From: an uncultured Alphaproteobacteria bacterium | GTDB lineage: Bacteria; Pseudomonadota; Alphaproteobacteria; HIMB59 | Direction: 5' to 3' | NCBI GenBank assembly: GCA_902527045.1 | Contig: CABZNL010000005.1 | Location: 332-64,331, forward strand | DNA: 64,000 bases | Part shown: positions 49,334 to 59,567 of the stretch, piece by piece | Layout of the letters: every line of letters starts with the position of its first letter | How positions within the stretch are numbered: position 1 is the first letter of the stretch | Made by a program: the position numbers and the translations under genes | Notes under the pieces: generated by a model | What the model was told of the DNA's origin: nothing | Databases searched by the model: none | What the model saw: only the letters and a program-made list of their open reading frames with translations

Positions 49334-50302
49334 TTATTTTGTTTTTTTATAAATATCCGTAAAGATTTCTCTTAAGTCCCAAAAACGTAAATATTCAACA
49401 TGCTTAAAAATCTGTTTCCAAGTTTCTCTTCTATATTTTTTTAAATACATTGGCTTTCCAGCATCAAATAGTTGTACCCAGTTTCCTAAAATTCTTAAAT
49501 TTCTTAATAAACTTACAAGATGAATGTTCTCTTTGAAGTCTTTTAAATTTATTTTCTTTTTTTTTGCATAAATTCTCATCAATCTTTCTTCTGTAATTTG
49601 TGAGTAAGACCTTCGTGCATCAAAAATTAATGATGCTATGTCTAAATGAGGATGATTGTAATGTAAGTCTTGATGATCAATAACGTATAAGAGACGCTTA
49701 TAGTAAATAAGATTTTCTAAGAAAAAGTCTCCATGTGTAAGAACTGGTTTATATTTTTGTTGATTTTCAGTATTTTTCTTTAATGAAAATACAATTAGTT
49801 TATTAAAATAAAAACCAATTTCAATTTTATGGTCATAATGTTGAATATATTTTGTAATTCCCCTTATGGCATCATTTATTAAATTTGAGTGAGGTTTTGT
49901 TTTAATACCAGATATTTTTTTTTTAGTATTTTGTAAATTTATAATAGCTTGAGTTGCTAGAGGAAGTATTTGCTTCATGTAATTTTTTTTAAAATATCTT
50001 GCTGTATTATTAGTTGGAAAATAGTCCATAATTACAAATTTATGACTACGGCTAAGATCTATAATACTAGGGGTATTTACTTTTTGTTTTATTAATACTT
50101 CTGTGGCTTTTACATATTTTTTAAAATCATTAGGTTTGTTTTGAAATGATAGTAATAAAAGTTTTTTATTTGCAGTTTTACAAAGTTTAAATACTTTATC
50201 TGAAGCATCAGACTCAAAATTAATAAAACCTCCAAATTTAAAATTCTTTCTTGAAAGATGTTTTTTTATTTTTATTAAATTTATTTTATTTTCTGGAGCC
50301 AT
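49334..50302 (-). CDS. Aminoglycoside phosphotransferase-fold kinase, AmgK-like
   Basis: SDAS, HGDF..ENL, IDHQD, DIASL, RNLRILG. Confidence 0.75.
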   Translation of the reverse strand: MAPENKINLIKIKKHLSRKNFKFGGFINFESDASDKVFKLCKTANKKLLLLSFQNKPNDFKKYVKATEVLIKQKVNTPSIIDLSRSHKFVIMDYFPTNNTARYFKKNYMKQILPLATQAIINLQNTKKKISGIKTKPHSNLINDAIRGITKYIQHYDHKIEIGFYFNKLIVFSLKKNTENQQKYKPVLTHGDFFLENLIYYKRLLYVIDHQDLHYNHPHLDIASLIFDARRSYSQITEERLMRIYAKKKKINLKDFKENIHLVSLLRNLRILGNWVQLFDAGKPMYLKKYRRETWKQIFKHVEYLRFWDLREIFTDIYKKTK

Positions 50303-50733
50303 TTATTGTTACGAGATTGAATTTTAATTTGTCTAATTTTATTTTTCAAATCAATTTTGATAAATAAGGCCTCGTCGAAATATTTGCTTTTTAAAGCTTC
50401 TAGAGGCCACTCAATAAAAAAAATACAGTTATTCAAAAGATATTCATCAATATCTATTGGGGAATTATTAACTTGATAAAGATCAAAATGTACAACATCA
50501 TATTTTTTAAAATTATATATGTGCTCTCGTTGGTAAGTCGGGCTTCCTTGAAAAAATAGTTTTTTATTCTCAATTTTTGCAATACCTTCTAATAGATACC
50601 TAATGAGAGTTGTTTTGCCTGATCCCACCTCTCCTTCGAAAAAAAATATTTGATGCGCAGAAATAGATTTAATTAATTTTTTTACAATTTCATCAAGTTG
50701 TTTCTCTTGTGAGATAGAAAAATTTAAACTCAA
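50281..50733 (-). CDS. tsaE: tRNA threonylcarbamoyladenosine biosynthesis ATPase
   Basis: GEVGSGKTT, SPTY, HFDLY, IEWP. Confidence 0.9.
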   Translation of the reverse strand: MSLNFSISQEKQLDEIVKKLIKSISAHQIFFFEGEVGSGKTTLIRYLLEGIAKIENKKLFFQGSPTYQREHIYNFKKYDVVHFDLYQVNNSPIDIDEYLLNNCIFFIEWPLEALKSKYFDEALFIKIDLKNKIRQIKIQSRNNKWLQKIK

Positions 50734-51906
50734 CTAAGCAAGGGATTTAAAATCAGAGACTAAATCTAAACCCTCCCATGAAAAAGCTCCAGTAGAGCTA
50801 TCATGAGTTCTGCCAAAGTGACCATATGCTGCTGTTTGCTCGTAAATTGGTTTATTTAACTGCAGTTTCTCTCTAATTCCTCTTGGCGATAAGTTCATAA
50901 TCTCAGGTATTGCTGCCTCAATTTTGGCTTCATCTATTTTATTTGTGCCTTGCGTATTAACATAAATTGACAAAGGCTTAGCCACTCCAATTGCGTATGA
51001 CAATTGAATCGTGCATTGATCGCACAAACCTGCGGCAACAATATTTTTTGCAAGATACCTAGATGCATATGCAGCAGAGCGATCTACCTTTGTTGGGTCT
51101 TTCCCAGAAAAAGCCCCTCCACCGTGTGGAGCAGCGCCTCCATATGTATCAACGATGATTTTTCTTCCAGTAAGTCCTGTATCTCCATCTGTTCCACCTA
51201 TAACAAAGTTACCTGTTGGATTTACATAATATTCTCTATCATCTAAGTTTTTTAATAGATCTTCTGGGATAGAGGCTTTTAAAGCAGGATTTACAATTTC
51301 TTTGACATCGCTAGGAGAGAGTCCATCAGCGTGCTGGGTTGATATAACTACAGATGTGACTGCATTAGGTTTACCATCAACGTACTTCAGAGTTACTTGG
51401 CTTTTTGAGTCAGGCTCTAATCCTTTTAAACTTCCGTCTTTTCTTCCTTGAGCCATTAACTCCAAAATCTTATGAGAATAAAATATAGGTGCTGGCATCA
51501 ATTCAGTTGTTTCATTACATGCATAACCAAACATTATTCCTTGGTCACCTGCCCCTTCATCTTTATCAGAGGATGAGTCCACACCCATAGCTATGTCAGC
51601 AGATTGTCCATGAAGAAGATATTGTATATCTGCTGTTTTCCAATGAAAGCCATCTTGCTCATAACCTATATCTTTGATGCAATCTCTTACTTTTGAAATA
51701 ATTTCTTCCTTATCTTCTTGCACAGGTCCTCTTACTTCACCTGATAAAACAACTTTATTAGTTGTGGTTAATGTTTCGCATGCAACCCTAGCAAAAGGGT
51801 CCTTTCCTATAAAATGATCAACTACAGCATCTGAAATTCGATCTGATACCTTATCTGGGTGTCCCTCTGACACTGACTCAGAAGTAAAAATATAATCTTT
51901 TCTCAT
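50734..51906 (-). CDS. metK: S-adenosylmethionine synthetase
   Basis: [42 protein letters not shown]. Confidence 0.98.
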   Translation of the reverse strand: MRKDYIFTSESVSEGHPDKVSDRISDAVVDHFIGKDPFARVACETLTTTNKVVLSGEVRGPVQEDKEEIISKVRDCIKDIGYEQDGFHWKTADIQYLLHGQSADIAMGVDSSSDKDEGAGDQGIMFGYACNETTELMPAPIFYSHKILELMAQGRKDGSLKGLEPDSKSQVTLKYVDGKPNAVTSVVISTQHADGLSPSDVKEIVNPALKASIPEDLLKNLDDREYYVNPTGNFVIGGTDGDTGLTGRKIIVDTYGGAAPHGGGAFSGKDPTKVDRSAAYASRYLAKNIVAAGLCDQCTIQLSYAIGVAKPLSIYVNTQGTNKIDEAKIEAAIPEIMNLSPRGIREKLQLNKPIYEQTAAYGHFGRTHDSSTGAFSWEGLDLVSDFKSLA

Positions 51907-51908
51907 AA

Positions 51909-53189
51909 CTAGTACCTATATGTATCTTTCTTAAATGGGCCTTGCTGTTCAACACCTATATAATCGCTTTGGTCTTTGGACATTTCAGTTAGTTTAGCTC
52001 CAACTTTTTGTAAATGGAACATAGCTACCATTTCATCCAGTTTTTTAGGTAGAACATAAACTTTATTTTCATAGTTTTTATAGTTTTCCCATATTTCTAT
52101 CTGGGCTAAAACCTGATTAGAAAAGGACGCACTCATTACAAAACTTGGATGACCAGTAGCATTTCCTAAATTTACCAATCTTCCCTTTGAGAGAATAATT
52201 AATTTTTTTCCATCCGGAAAAGTTACTTGATCGACCTGTGGTTTGATCTCTTCCCATTTGTAATTTTGTAAATCATCTATTTGAATTTCATTATCAAAGT
52301 GACCAATATTACAAACTATAGCACGATCTTTCATTTCTCTCATATGATCTTGCGTAATAATATCTTTGTTACCAGTAGCAGTTACGAATATATCTGCATA
52401 CTTACAAGCATCATCCATGGTTACAACTTCATAGCCTTCCATTGCAGCTTGAAGAGCACAAATAGGATCAACTTCCGTTACTTGAACTCTAGCACCTGCT
52501 CCCCTAAGTGATGCTGCGCTGCCTTTTCCAACATCTCCAAAACCTGCCACGACTGCGACTTTTCCAGCCATCATGACATCAGTTCCTCTACGAATACCAT
52601 CAACTAAACTTTCCTTACAACCATATAAATTATCAAATTTACTTTTTGTTACTGAGTCATTAACGTTAATAGCAGGTACTTGCAATGTTCCTTTAGATGC
52701 CATTTGTTCTAGACGAAGAACACCTGTAGTAGTCTCCTCGGAGAGTCCTCTGACATTTTTTAAAAGCTCAGGATATTTTTCATGCATACGCAGTGTTAAG
52801 TCTCCACCATCATCTAAAATCATATTAGGTTCCCAACCATCGGCCTCGATAGTCTGGTCGATACACCACCAAAATTCCTCTTCATTCATGCCCTTCCAAG
52901 CAAAAACAGGTGTACCGCTTTCAGCAACTGCTGCTGCAGCATGATCTTGGGTTGAATAAATATTACATGAGCTCCATCGACATTTAGCACCAAGGGCGAC
53001 CAATGTTTCAATTAAAACTGCGGTTTGAATGGTCATATGTAGGCACCCCATAATGTTAGCACCAGCTAAAGGTTTTGACTCCCCATATTGCTCACGAATA
53101 GCCATTAATCCGGGCATTTCAGTCTCTGCTATTTCAATTTCTTGTCTACCAAATGTGCTTTGAGATATATCTTTTACTTTGTAATCCAC
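51909..53189 (-). CDS. ahcY: Adenosylhomocysteinase
   Basis: [41 protein letters not shown]. Confidence 0.98.
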   Translation of the reverse strand: MDYKVKDISQSTFGRQEIEIAETEMPGLMAIREQYGESKPLAGANIMGCLHMTIQTAVLIETLVALGAKCRWSSCNIYSTQDHAAAAVAESGTPVFAWKGMNEEEFWWCIDQTIEADGWEPNMILDDGGDLTLRMHEKYPELLKNVRGLSEETTTGVLRLEQMASKGTLQVPAINVNDSVTKSKFDNLYGCKESLVDGIRRGTDVMMAGKVAVVAGFGDVGKGSAASLRGAGARVQVTEVDPICALQAAMEGYEVVTMDDACKYADIFVTATGNKDIITQDHMREMKDRAIVCNIGHFDNEIQIDDLQNYKWEEIKPQVDQVTFPDGKKLIILSKGRLVNLGNATGHPSFVMSASFSNQVLAQIEIWENYKNYENKVYVLPKKLDEMVAMFHLQKVGAKLTEMSKDQSDYIGVEQQGPFKKDTYRY

Positions 53190-53247
53190 TCTTTTTCCCC
53201 CTTATTATTTTGATAATAAAACAAATTATTATATTTATATAGTTTTT

Positions 53248-54198
53248 TCATACTCTTTGTATCCTTGGTCCTAATTGTTGAATGACTTGAACAGCTTTTG
53301 CATTCCCATTTTCAAGAGACTCCTTTGCAGATTTTCCTTGAAGATAAAAATCTAAAAATCCAGCTGCAAAATTATCTCCAGCACCTGTTGTATCAACAAC
53401 ATTTGTTACTTTGTCAACAGGTTGGTGGCTTACTTCATCCTTATGAAAGAAGTAAGCGCCATCTGCTCCAGATGTCATGACAATTTTTTTATCGAAGTTT
53501 TGAAAGAATAAACTTACATCTGCCATAATGTCAGATTGCGAAAACATCTTTGCTTCATCAAGGTTACAAAATACTAAATCAATATTTTCAATGATAAAAT
53601 TTTCTAACTCCACTCGATGCCTATCCACACAAAATGGATCTGAAAGAGATAGAGATGTTTCTATACCTTTTGATTTTGCCATATTTCCAATTTTTTGAAG
53701 AGTTTTTTTTGTTAACTCATGATCCCATAAATAAGACTCCATGTAAATATGATCAATGTCATTAAGAATTTCTTCGCTTACTTCCTCTGGTTGAAGCTGT
53801 GAACCAATTCCTATATGCGTTGCCATTGTTCTTTCTCCATCAGGAGAGACTAAAATATTACAACAACCAGTTGGTAACTCATTTTCTTTTAAAGATCCCT
53901 TGAAAGGTATTTTTGCTTTTTTTAAATCTTGAATAAATGCATTTCCATATTCATCATCATTAACTTTTCCATAAAAGCTTGCTTCATGGGAACTATAATT
54001 TAGTTCATGGACTGTATTACAAACTGAACCACCTGAAGTAATTAAAGGATTTGCAAAATTTGATCTAATTTCTTGAATTTGAGACTCCTCAATTAATGTC
54101 ATTGAACCTTTGGTTAACTTTAAATCATTTATAACATTATCTTGCACTTGGCATATGACATCTACCAGTGCTGTTCCTATTCCTAGAATTTTTTTCAC
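53248..54198 (-). CDS. Adenosine kinase (PfkB family)
   Basis: GIG.ALVD, KGSMTLI, GGSVCNT, DGERTM.T.IG, DTTGAGD.FAAG. Confidence 0.85.
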   Translation of the reverse strand: MKKILGIGTALVDVICQVQDNVINDLKLTKGSMTLIEESQIQEIRSNFANPLITSGGSVCNTVHELNYSSHEASFYGKVNDDEYGNAFIQDLKKAKIPFKGSLKENELPTGCCNILVSPDGERTMATHIGIGSQLQPEEVSEEILNDIDHIYMESYLWDHELTKKTLQKIGNMAKSKGIETSLSLSDPFCVDRHRVELENFIIENIDLVFCNLDEAKMFSQSDIMADVSLFFQNFDKKIVMTSGADGAYFFHKDEVSHQPVDKVTNVVDTTGAGDNFAAGFLDFYLQGKSAKESLENGNAKAVQVIQQLGPRIQRV

Positions 54199-54474
54199 TC
54201 AATGAAAGTAAGGGTTTTTGCTGAGAGATCTATTAAAAAATGTTTAACAAGTTATGAAACTTGAACATATTTGTGGATGACTTATTTAGTTATATGAGAC
54301 GAATCATCTAAATATTTTGAGAATCATGACTAATCTTTGCTTATAAAATACTACACATATTCGCTCTTAAGAAAAATTTGATAAAAACCTGTGAATATTT
54401 TAAAAATATTTGTTAATTGAATCTTTAATTTCCAATTGAATTTATTGGGTTTTCAGAATTAAATACAAAATAAA

Positions 54475-54504
54475 TTGACTATGTTTGTCTATAGATTGTA
54501 TAGT
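54475..54504 (+). promoter_or_regulatory. Sigma70-type promoter of nrdA
   Basis: TTGACT-N18-TATAGT, 64 nt upstream of ATG 54569. Confidence 0.6.
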
Positions 54505-54533
54505 CACTAGGCAATAAACACTACATCTAGTGA
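54486..54533. promoter_or_regulatory. Tandem NrdR boxes
   Basis: TGTCTATAGATTGTAT (54486) and ACACTACATCTAGTGA (54518) match acaCwAtATaTwGtg and are 32 bp apart, overlapping the promoter. Confidence 0.8.
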
Positions 54534-54568
54534 TTATTCAAAAAAGTATACAAAACTTGGTAGGAAGT

Positions 54569-57307
54569 ATGGAAACAAATAGCGCGGAAACATTAGATAA
54601 TTCAACAAAAAACACAGTAGTTAACAAGCAAAACGAAGAAATAAACTTGTTAAGTTTGAGTGTTGTCAGACGTGATGGATCCATAACGCCTTTCAAGTCT
54701 GACAAAATTGCAAATGCTATTAGAAAAGCTTTTTTAGCTCAAACTGATCTTAGAGATAGTAAGCAGATTGACAAAAGTGTTTCTGAGCTCACTGAGACTG
54801 TCACAGCGGCTCTAACCAGACGAATTGCTAACGGTGATATGATTCACATCGAGGATATCCAAGATCAGGTTGAATTGGCGTTGATGAGAGGAGAGCACCA
54901 TAAAGTTGCTCGTGCTTATGTTCTTTACAGAGAGCAGAGAGCTAATCAACGTTATAAAACAGCTCAACTTAATGAACAAATAGGTGCCAAAGTTTCAACA
55001 ATGGCTGTTACCAAAAGAGATGGTAACAAAGAAGATATTTCTTTGGAGAAAATTACAAACCGTATTTCAATTTTATCCAATGGCTTGGAAATTGACCCAA
55101 TTACAATTGCTCAAAAAGCTATTCAGGGTCTTTACGATGGTATTACAACAAATGAAATAGATACTTACTTGGCAGAAACAGCTGCAGCACTAACAGTTGA
55201 ACATCCTGATTACTCTTATTTAGCAGGCAGAATTAAAGCTAATGCTCTTCATAAGGAAACACCAGGCTTTATTATTGCAACTAAAAATCTTTATGAAGAT
55301 GGATTACTACGTGATGAATATTATGAAAAAGTAAAAGCAAATGCAGAAGAAATAGAAAAGATTATTGACTACGATAGAGATTATTATTTTGATTATTTTG
55401 CACTAACCACTTTATTTAGAGCATATCTTCTCCAGTCAAATAATAAAACAGCAGAAAGACCTCAGGATTTATGGATGAGAGTTGCTCTATGTGTATCAGG
55501 AGATAAGTTCGATTTTTATCAGGTTAAAAAAACCTATGATAGTTTATCTCAAGGTTTTTATACACATGCAACGCCCACTCTTTTCAATAGTGGTTTAAAA
55601 ATGCAACAGCTATCATCTTGTTTTTTGATTGGAATGGAAGATGACTCTATTGAAGGAATTTTTAATACAGTAAAAGACTGTGCTTTAATTTCTAAAACTG
55701 CAGGTGGTATTGGCCTTCATGCCCATAATATTAGAGGTGGTGGGAGTCGTATTAAATCAACAAATGGCAAGTCGAATGGACTAATTCCATTTCTTAAAAT
55801 TTTTAATGAAACTGCAAGATCTGTTGACCAAGGTGGTGGCAAGAGAAAGGGCTCATTTGCTGTCTATTTAGAGCCATGGCATGCTGATATTGAGTCATTT
55901 TTAGAGCTTAGAAAAAACACAGGTGCTGAAGAATTCAGGGCTAGAGATTTATTTTATGCTCTTTGGATACCAGATTTATTTATGGAAAGGGTTGAAGAGG
56001 ATGCTGATTGGACATTAATGAGCGAACATGAGTGTCCAGGACTGTCTGACACTTACGGGGAAGAGTTTGTGGAACTATACACTAAATACGAAAATGAAAT
56101 GCCTGATCTTAAAAGAATTAAAGCGAGAGCTTTAATGTCAAAGATCATTGAAGCGCAAATTGAAACTGGACAGCCGTATATGCTTTACAAAGATGCTGTA
56201 AATATAAAATCTAACCAAAAAAATATTGGGGTAATCAAATCATCTAATCTGTGTGCTGAAATTGTTGAATATTCTGAAAAAGATGAAACAGCTGTTTGTA
56301 ACCTAGCGTCAATCGCATTACCAAAGTTTGTTACAGATGAAAGTAAATTTGATTACCAAAACTTATACCAAGTTGCAAAACTTGCTACAAAAAACTTGGA
56401 TCAAGTTATTGATATAAACTTTTATCCTACAGATAAGACAGAAAACTCAAACAGTCGTCATCGACCAATTGGCCTTGGCATCCAAGGTCTGGCTGATGTT
56501 TATTTCAAAATGAATATTGCATATGACTCTGTTCAAGCACAAATTATTAATAAACAAATATTTGAAACAGTCTACTTTGGTGCCTTAGAGGCATCAATGG
56601 AGCTTGCAACTGACAAAGGACCCTATTCTACTTTTAAGGGCTCACCTCTTTCTGAGGGACAATTTCAATTTGATCTATGGGGTGTTAAACCATCAAGTAT
56701 GTGGGACTGGAAAGGCCTAATGGAGAAGATTCAAAAACACGGGGTACGTAATTCCTTGACCACAGCATGTATGCCTACAGCTTCAACTGGTATCATCTTG
56801 GGGAATACAGAAACCTTCCAAGTGCAAACTTCAAATATTTATAAACGACAAACTCTCTCTGGTGAATTTTTATTAGTAAATCGCCACCTTGTTAAAGAAT
56901 TGATGAAAAGAAACCTTTGGAGTAAAGAATTACGTGATCAAATTATATTAGAAAATGGCTCTGTTCAGAATATTGAGGGATTCCCCGAAGATCTTAAAGA
57001 TGTTTACAAAACTGTTTGGGAAACATCTCAAAAAACAGTTATTGATATGGCAGCTGACAGAGCGCCATTTATCGATCAAACCCAATCCATGAACTTATGG
57101 TTGGCAACCCCTACTTTTGGAAAAGTAAACTCTATGCATATGTATGCATGGAAAAAAGGCTTGAAAACAGGCATGTATTACCTGAGAAGCCGATCAGCTG
57201 TAGACGCAGTTAAAGTAACCGTGTCCTCTGAAAAAAAAGCAAAAGAGTCTTATGTGAAAGAGGCGCAATCTAATGAACCAGAAGATTGCGTAACATGTAG
57301 TGCGTAA
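54569..57307 (+). CDS. nrdA: Class I ribonucleotide reductase alpha subunit with two ATP cones
   Basis: ATPTLFN, LSSCF, SNLCAEI, VCNLAS, GMYYLR, C-terminal CVTC; cones begin VVRRDG and VTKRDG. Start ATG 54569, because the track start lies inside the NrdR box. Confidence 0.96.
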   Translation: METNSAETLDNSTKNTVVNKQNEEINLLSLSVVRRDGSITPFKSDKIANAIRKAFLAQTDLRDSKQIDKSVSELTETVTAALTRRIANGDMIHIEDIQDQVELALMRGEHHKVARAYVLYREQRANQRYKTAQLNEQIGAKVSTMAVTKRDGNKEDISLEKITNRISILSNGLEIDPITIAQKAIQGLYDGITTNEIDTYLAETAAALTVEHPDYSYLAGRIKANALHKETPGFIIATKNLYEDGLLRDEYYEKVKANAEEIEKIIDYDRDYYFDYFALTTLFRAYLLQSNNKTAERPQDLWMRVALCVSGDKFDFYQVKKTYDSLSQGFYTHATPTLFNSGLKMQQLSSCFLIGMEDDSIEGIFNTVKDCALISKTAGGIGLHAHNIRGGGSRIKSTNGKSNGLIPFLKIFNETARSVDQGGGKRKGSFAVYLEPWHADIESFLELRKNTGAEEFRARDLFYALWIPDLFMERVEEDADWTLMSEHECPGLSDTYGEEFVELYTKYENEMPDLKRIKARALMSKIIEAQIETGQPYMLYKDAVNIKSNQKNIGVIKSSNLCAEIVEYSEKDETAVCNLASIALPKFVTDESKFDYQNLYQVAKLATKNLDQVIDINFYPTDKTENSNSRHRPIGLGIQGLADVYFKMNIAYDSVQAQIINKQIFETVYFGALEASMELATDKGPYSTFKGSPLSEGQFQFDLWGVKPSSMWDWKGLMEKIQKHGVRNSLTTACMPTASTGIILGNTETFQVQTSNIYKRQTLSGEFLLVNRHLVKELMKRNLWSKELRDQIILENGSVQNIEGFPEDLKDVYKTVWETSQKTVIDMAADRAPFIDQTQSMNLWLATPTFGKVNSMHMYAWKKGLKTGMYYLRSRSAVDAVKVTVSSEKKAKESYVKEAQSNEPEDCVTCSA

Positions 57308-57340
57308 GATGTTTTATCAATTTATTATAAGGAGTAAGTC

Positions 57341-58330
57341 ATGATATCTAAAGGATGCAAATCAATTTTCCCTATTCAACATCAAGAAATTTTCGATCGT
57401 TATAAACAACACGTACAAGCATTTTGGACACCCGAGGAAGTTTCACTTCAAGATGATTTAAGAGATCTAAAAACACTGGGTGAGGGAGAAATACACTTTA
57501 TTAAACATGTACTTGCATTTTTTGCAAATTCAGAGGCTATGATAAACGAGAACCTAGCTTCAAGATTTTATAATGAAATTTTAATTCCCGAGTCTCGATT
57601 ATTTATTACCATGCAGATGCTAAATGAGTCTATTCATGCAGAAATGTATGGTTTACAAATAGAAGCCTACGTCGAGGACCCATCAGAAAAAGATAAGTTG
57701 TTCTCTGCAATTCAAAATGTTCCCTGTATTAATAAAAAAGCACAGTGGGTTTCAAAGTGGCTTAATGGAAACCAGAACTTACTTATGCGATTGATAGCTT
57801 TTGGTTTGGTTGAGGGGTTATTTTTTGCAGGATCTTTTTGTGCCATTTATTACTTTAGAAAAAGAGGACTGCTTCCGGGCCTAGCGCTTTCAAATGATTG
57901 GATTGCAAGAGATGAAGGTATGCATTTTAGTTTCTCTGCTTTAATGTTTAAAACATTAAGTGAAAAGTTTAATAAGGGAACCTTGTCAGATGAAGATATT
58001 AAATCAATGGATTTAATTCCAGGCGCTGTGACTCAATCAGAGTTTGAGGAAATCGTTAGAGAAGCAGTTGAGTTTGAAAAAGAATTTGTCACCGACGCGC
58101 TACCCGTTGATCTTATTGGCATGAACAAAGAAATGATGTGTATGTATATCGAAGCAGTTTCAGATCGTATAGCTGATCTTTTTGGATTTGATAGAGTGTT
58201 TAATACAGAAAATCCGTTTGACTTTATGAGAGCTCTGGATGTTCAAAATGTGACTAATTTTTTCGAAAAAAGAGTTACTGAATATCAGCGTCCAACAGAT
58301 CGCTCCTTGTCATTTGACGAGTCTTTCTGA
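57341..58330 (+). CDS. nrdB: Class I ribonucleotide reductase beta subunit
   Basis: FWTPEE, FFANSE, ESIHAEMY, VEGLFF, RDEGMH, NFFEKRVTEY; AAGGAG RBS. Confidence 0.96.
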   Translation: MISKGCKSIFPIQHQEIFDRYKQHVQAFWTPEEVSLQDDLRDLKTLGEGEIHFIKHVLAFFANSEAMINENLASRFYNEILIPESRLFITMQMLNESIHAEMYGLQIEAYVEDPSEKDKLFSAIQNVPCINKKAQWVSKWLNGNQNLLMRLIAFGLVEGLFFAGSFCAIYYFRKRGLLPGLALSNDWIARDEGMHFSFSALMFKTLSEKFNKGTLSDEDIKSMDLIPGAVTQSEFEEIVREAVEFEKEFVTDALPVDLIGMNKEMMCMYIEAVSDRIADLFGFDRVFNTENPFDFMRALDVQNVTNFFEKRVTEYQRPTDRSLSFDESF

Positions 58331-58570
58331 GTGGAAGTAAAGATATATAGCAAAGATAATTGTGTTTTTTGCACTATGGCTAAGTCAGCCCTGGCTACTC
58401 ATAACCCTAAAATATTGATGTTAAATCAAGATTATAGCAGAGAACAATTCTTCGAAATATTTCCAACTGCTAAGACTTTCCCACAAATAATTATCAATGG
58501 TGAAAAAATTGGTGGATATCATGAATTAGAGAAATGGATGGCCTTTAATAAGCCTGATGATAATTTCTAA
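58331..58570 (+). CDS. Glutaredoxin (likely RNR reductant)
   Basis: CVFC, TFPQI, IGGY; immediately follows nrdB. Confidence 0.9.
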   Translation: MEVKIYSKDNCVFCTMAKSALATHNPKILMLNQDYSREQFFEIFPTAKTFPQIIINGEKIGGYHELEKWMAFNKPDDNF

Positions 58571-58583
58571 TAATCAAAGTAAA

Positions 58584-59567
58584 TTAAAACAAGTTCTCTA
58601 AATAATTTTTTATATTTTTACTTTTAGTTTCTTCTATTGAATAGCAATCGGTCAAAGTTACACCGTGATAGCCACCAAGTGAGATTTTTCCTTTGCACAT
58701 AGATTTTGTCAAATTTATTTTTTTTACAGAGTCTATATTTTTAAATACATCATAGTCTTTTGGAGAATTAAAATTATCTTTATCGTGTGTCAGTATTAAA
58801 GCATTTAGATTATTATATTCCCCAAAACCGTAATACCTAACTTCCGTCCACCACGGCCAATCTTTTCTATTTTGTACTGTTCCTCCAGCACCAGGATTTA
58901 ATCCGATAACTCCGGTTATCAGTTCAGGATACAAAGTTTTTAGTTTTAAAGACTGCCAACCTCCAGATGAATGACCTGCAAGGATAATTTTATCAAAACC
59001 AAGCTCAATGAGCTCATCTAGTTTTTTTTTTATAACTATTAACTTTTGATTTCCTTTTTGTTTATTCATTAATTGAGTTCCATCACTCGCAGTAAGATTA
59101 AGATCTAATTTTCCTAATTTTACATGGGCCCTCCACATTCTTTTTTGTTCTTCTTTGGTCCATCCTCTTACTCCAGAACATAATCTGTATATTTTTATTA
59201 CATAAGATTTTATTTTCATATTATGTAAATCTCTTATTACTGGTGGAACTTTTGTCCAACTACTCAAACACTTATCTATTCTTTGATCTCCTCGAGATCC
59301 ATGATTGTAAATGACAATTATAGAATTACTTTTGTCTGTTATCTGATCTTGGAAATATATTTTTCCTTCTTGATCTATAAAACCTGAGTCTTTTGAGATA
59401 CTCTCAAGGTCCTTTTCAAATTGAGATATATTTAATGCAGTACTTTTACCAGGCTCTATGATATTTCCTTTGCCATCAATAACTGAACCATCACTTTTAA
59501 AAGTTAAACCCAAAGCAACTTTGGGTAATAAAAAAATTAATATTATTAATATTTTAATGAGCTTCAC
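58584..59567 (-). CDS. Exported alpha/beta-hydrolase-fold protein
   Basis: Signal peptide; YNHGS, LAGHSSGGW nucleophile elbow, candidate Asp and His (KDNF, YHG). Confidence 0.65.
   Translation of the reverse strand: MKLIKILIILIFLLPKVALGLTFKSDGSVIDGKGNIIEPGKSTALNISQFEKDLESISKDSGFIDQEGKIYFQDQITDKSNSIIVIYNHGSRGDQRIDKCLSSWTKVPPVIRDLHNMKIKSYVIKIYRLCSGVRGWTKEEQKRMWRAHVKLGKLDLNLTASDGTQLMNKQKGNQKLIVIKKKLDELIELGFDKIILAGHSSGGWQSLKLKTLYPELITGVIGLNPGAGGTVQNRKDWPWWTEVRYYGFGEYNNLNALILTHDKDNFNSPKDYDVFKNIDSVKKINLTKSMCKGKISLGGYHGVTLTDCYSIEETKSKNIKNYLENLF

Noticed and set aside
54199..54474. Replication origin in the longest intergenic gap (DnaA-box-like TGTGGATGA at 54272, TGTGAATAT at 54390, three GAATC sites)
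   Set aside because: Only two imperfect boxes and no usual oriC neighbours; better explained as nrdA regulatory sequence.
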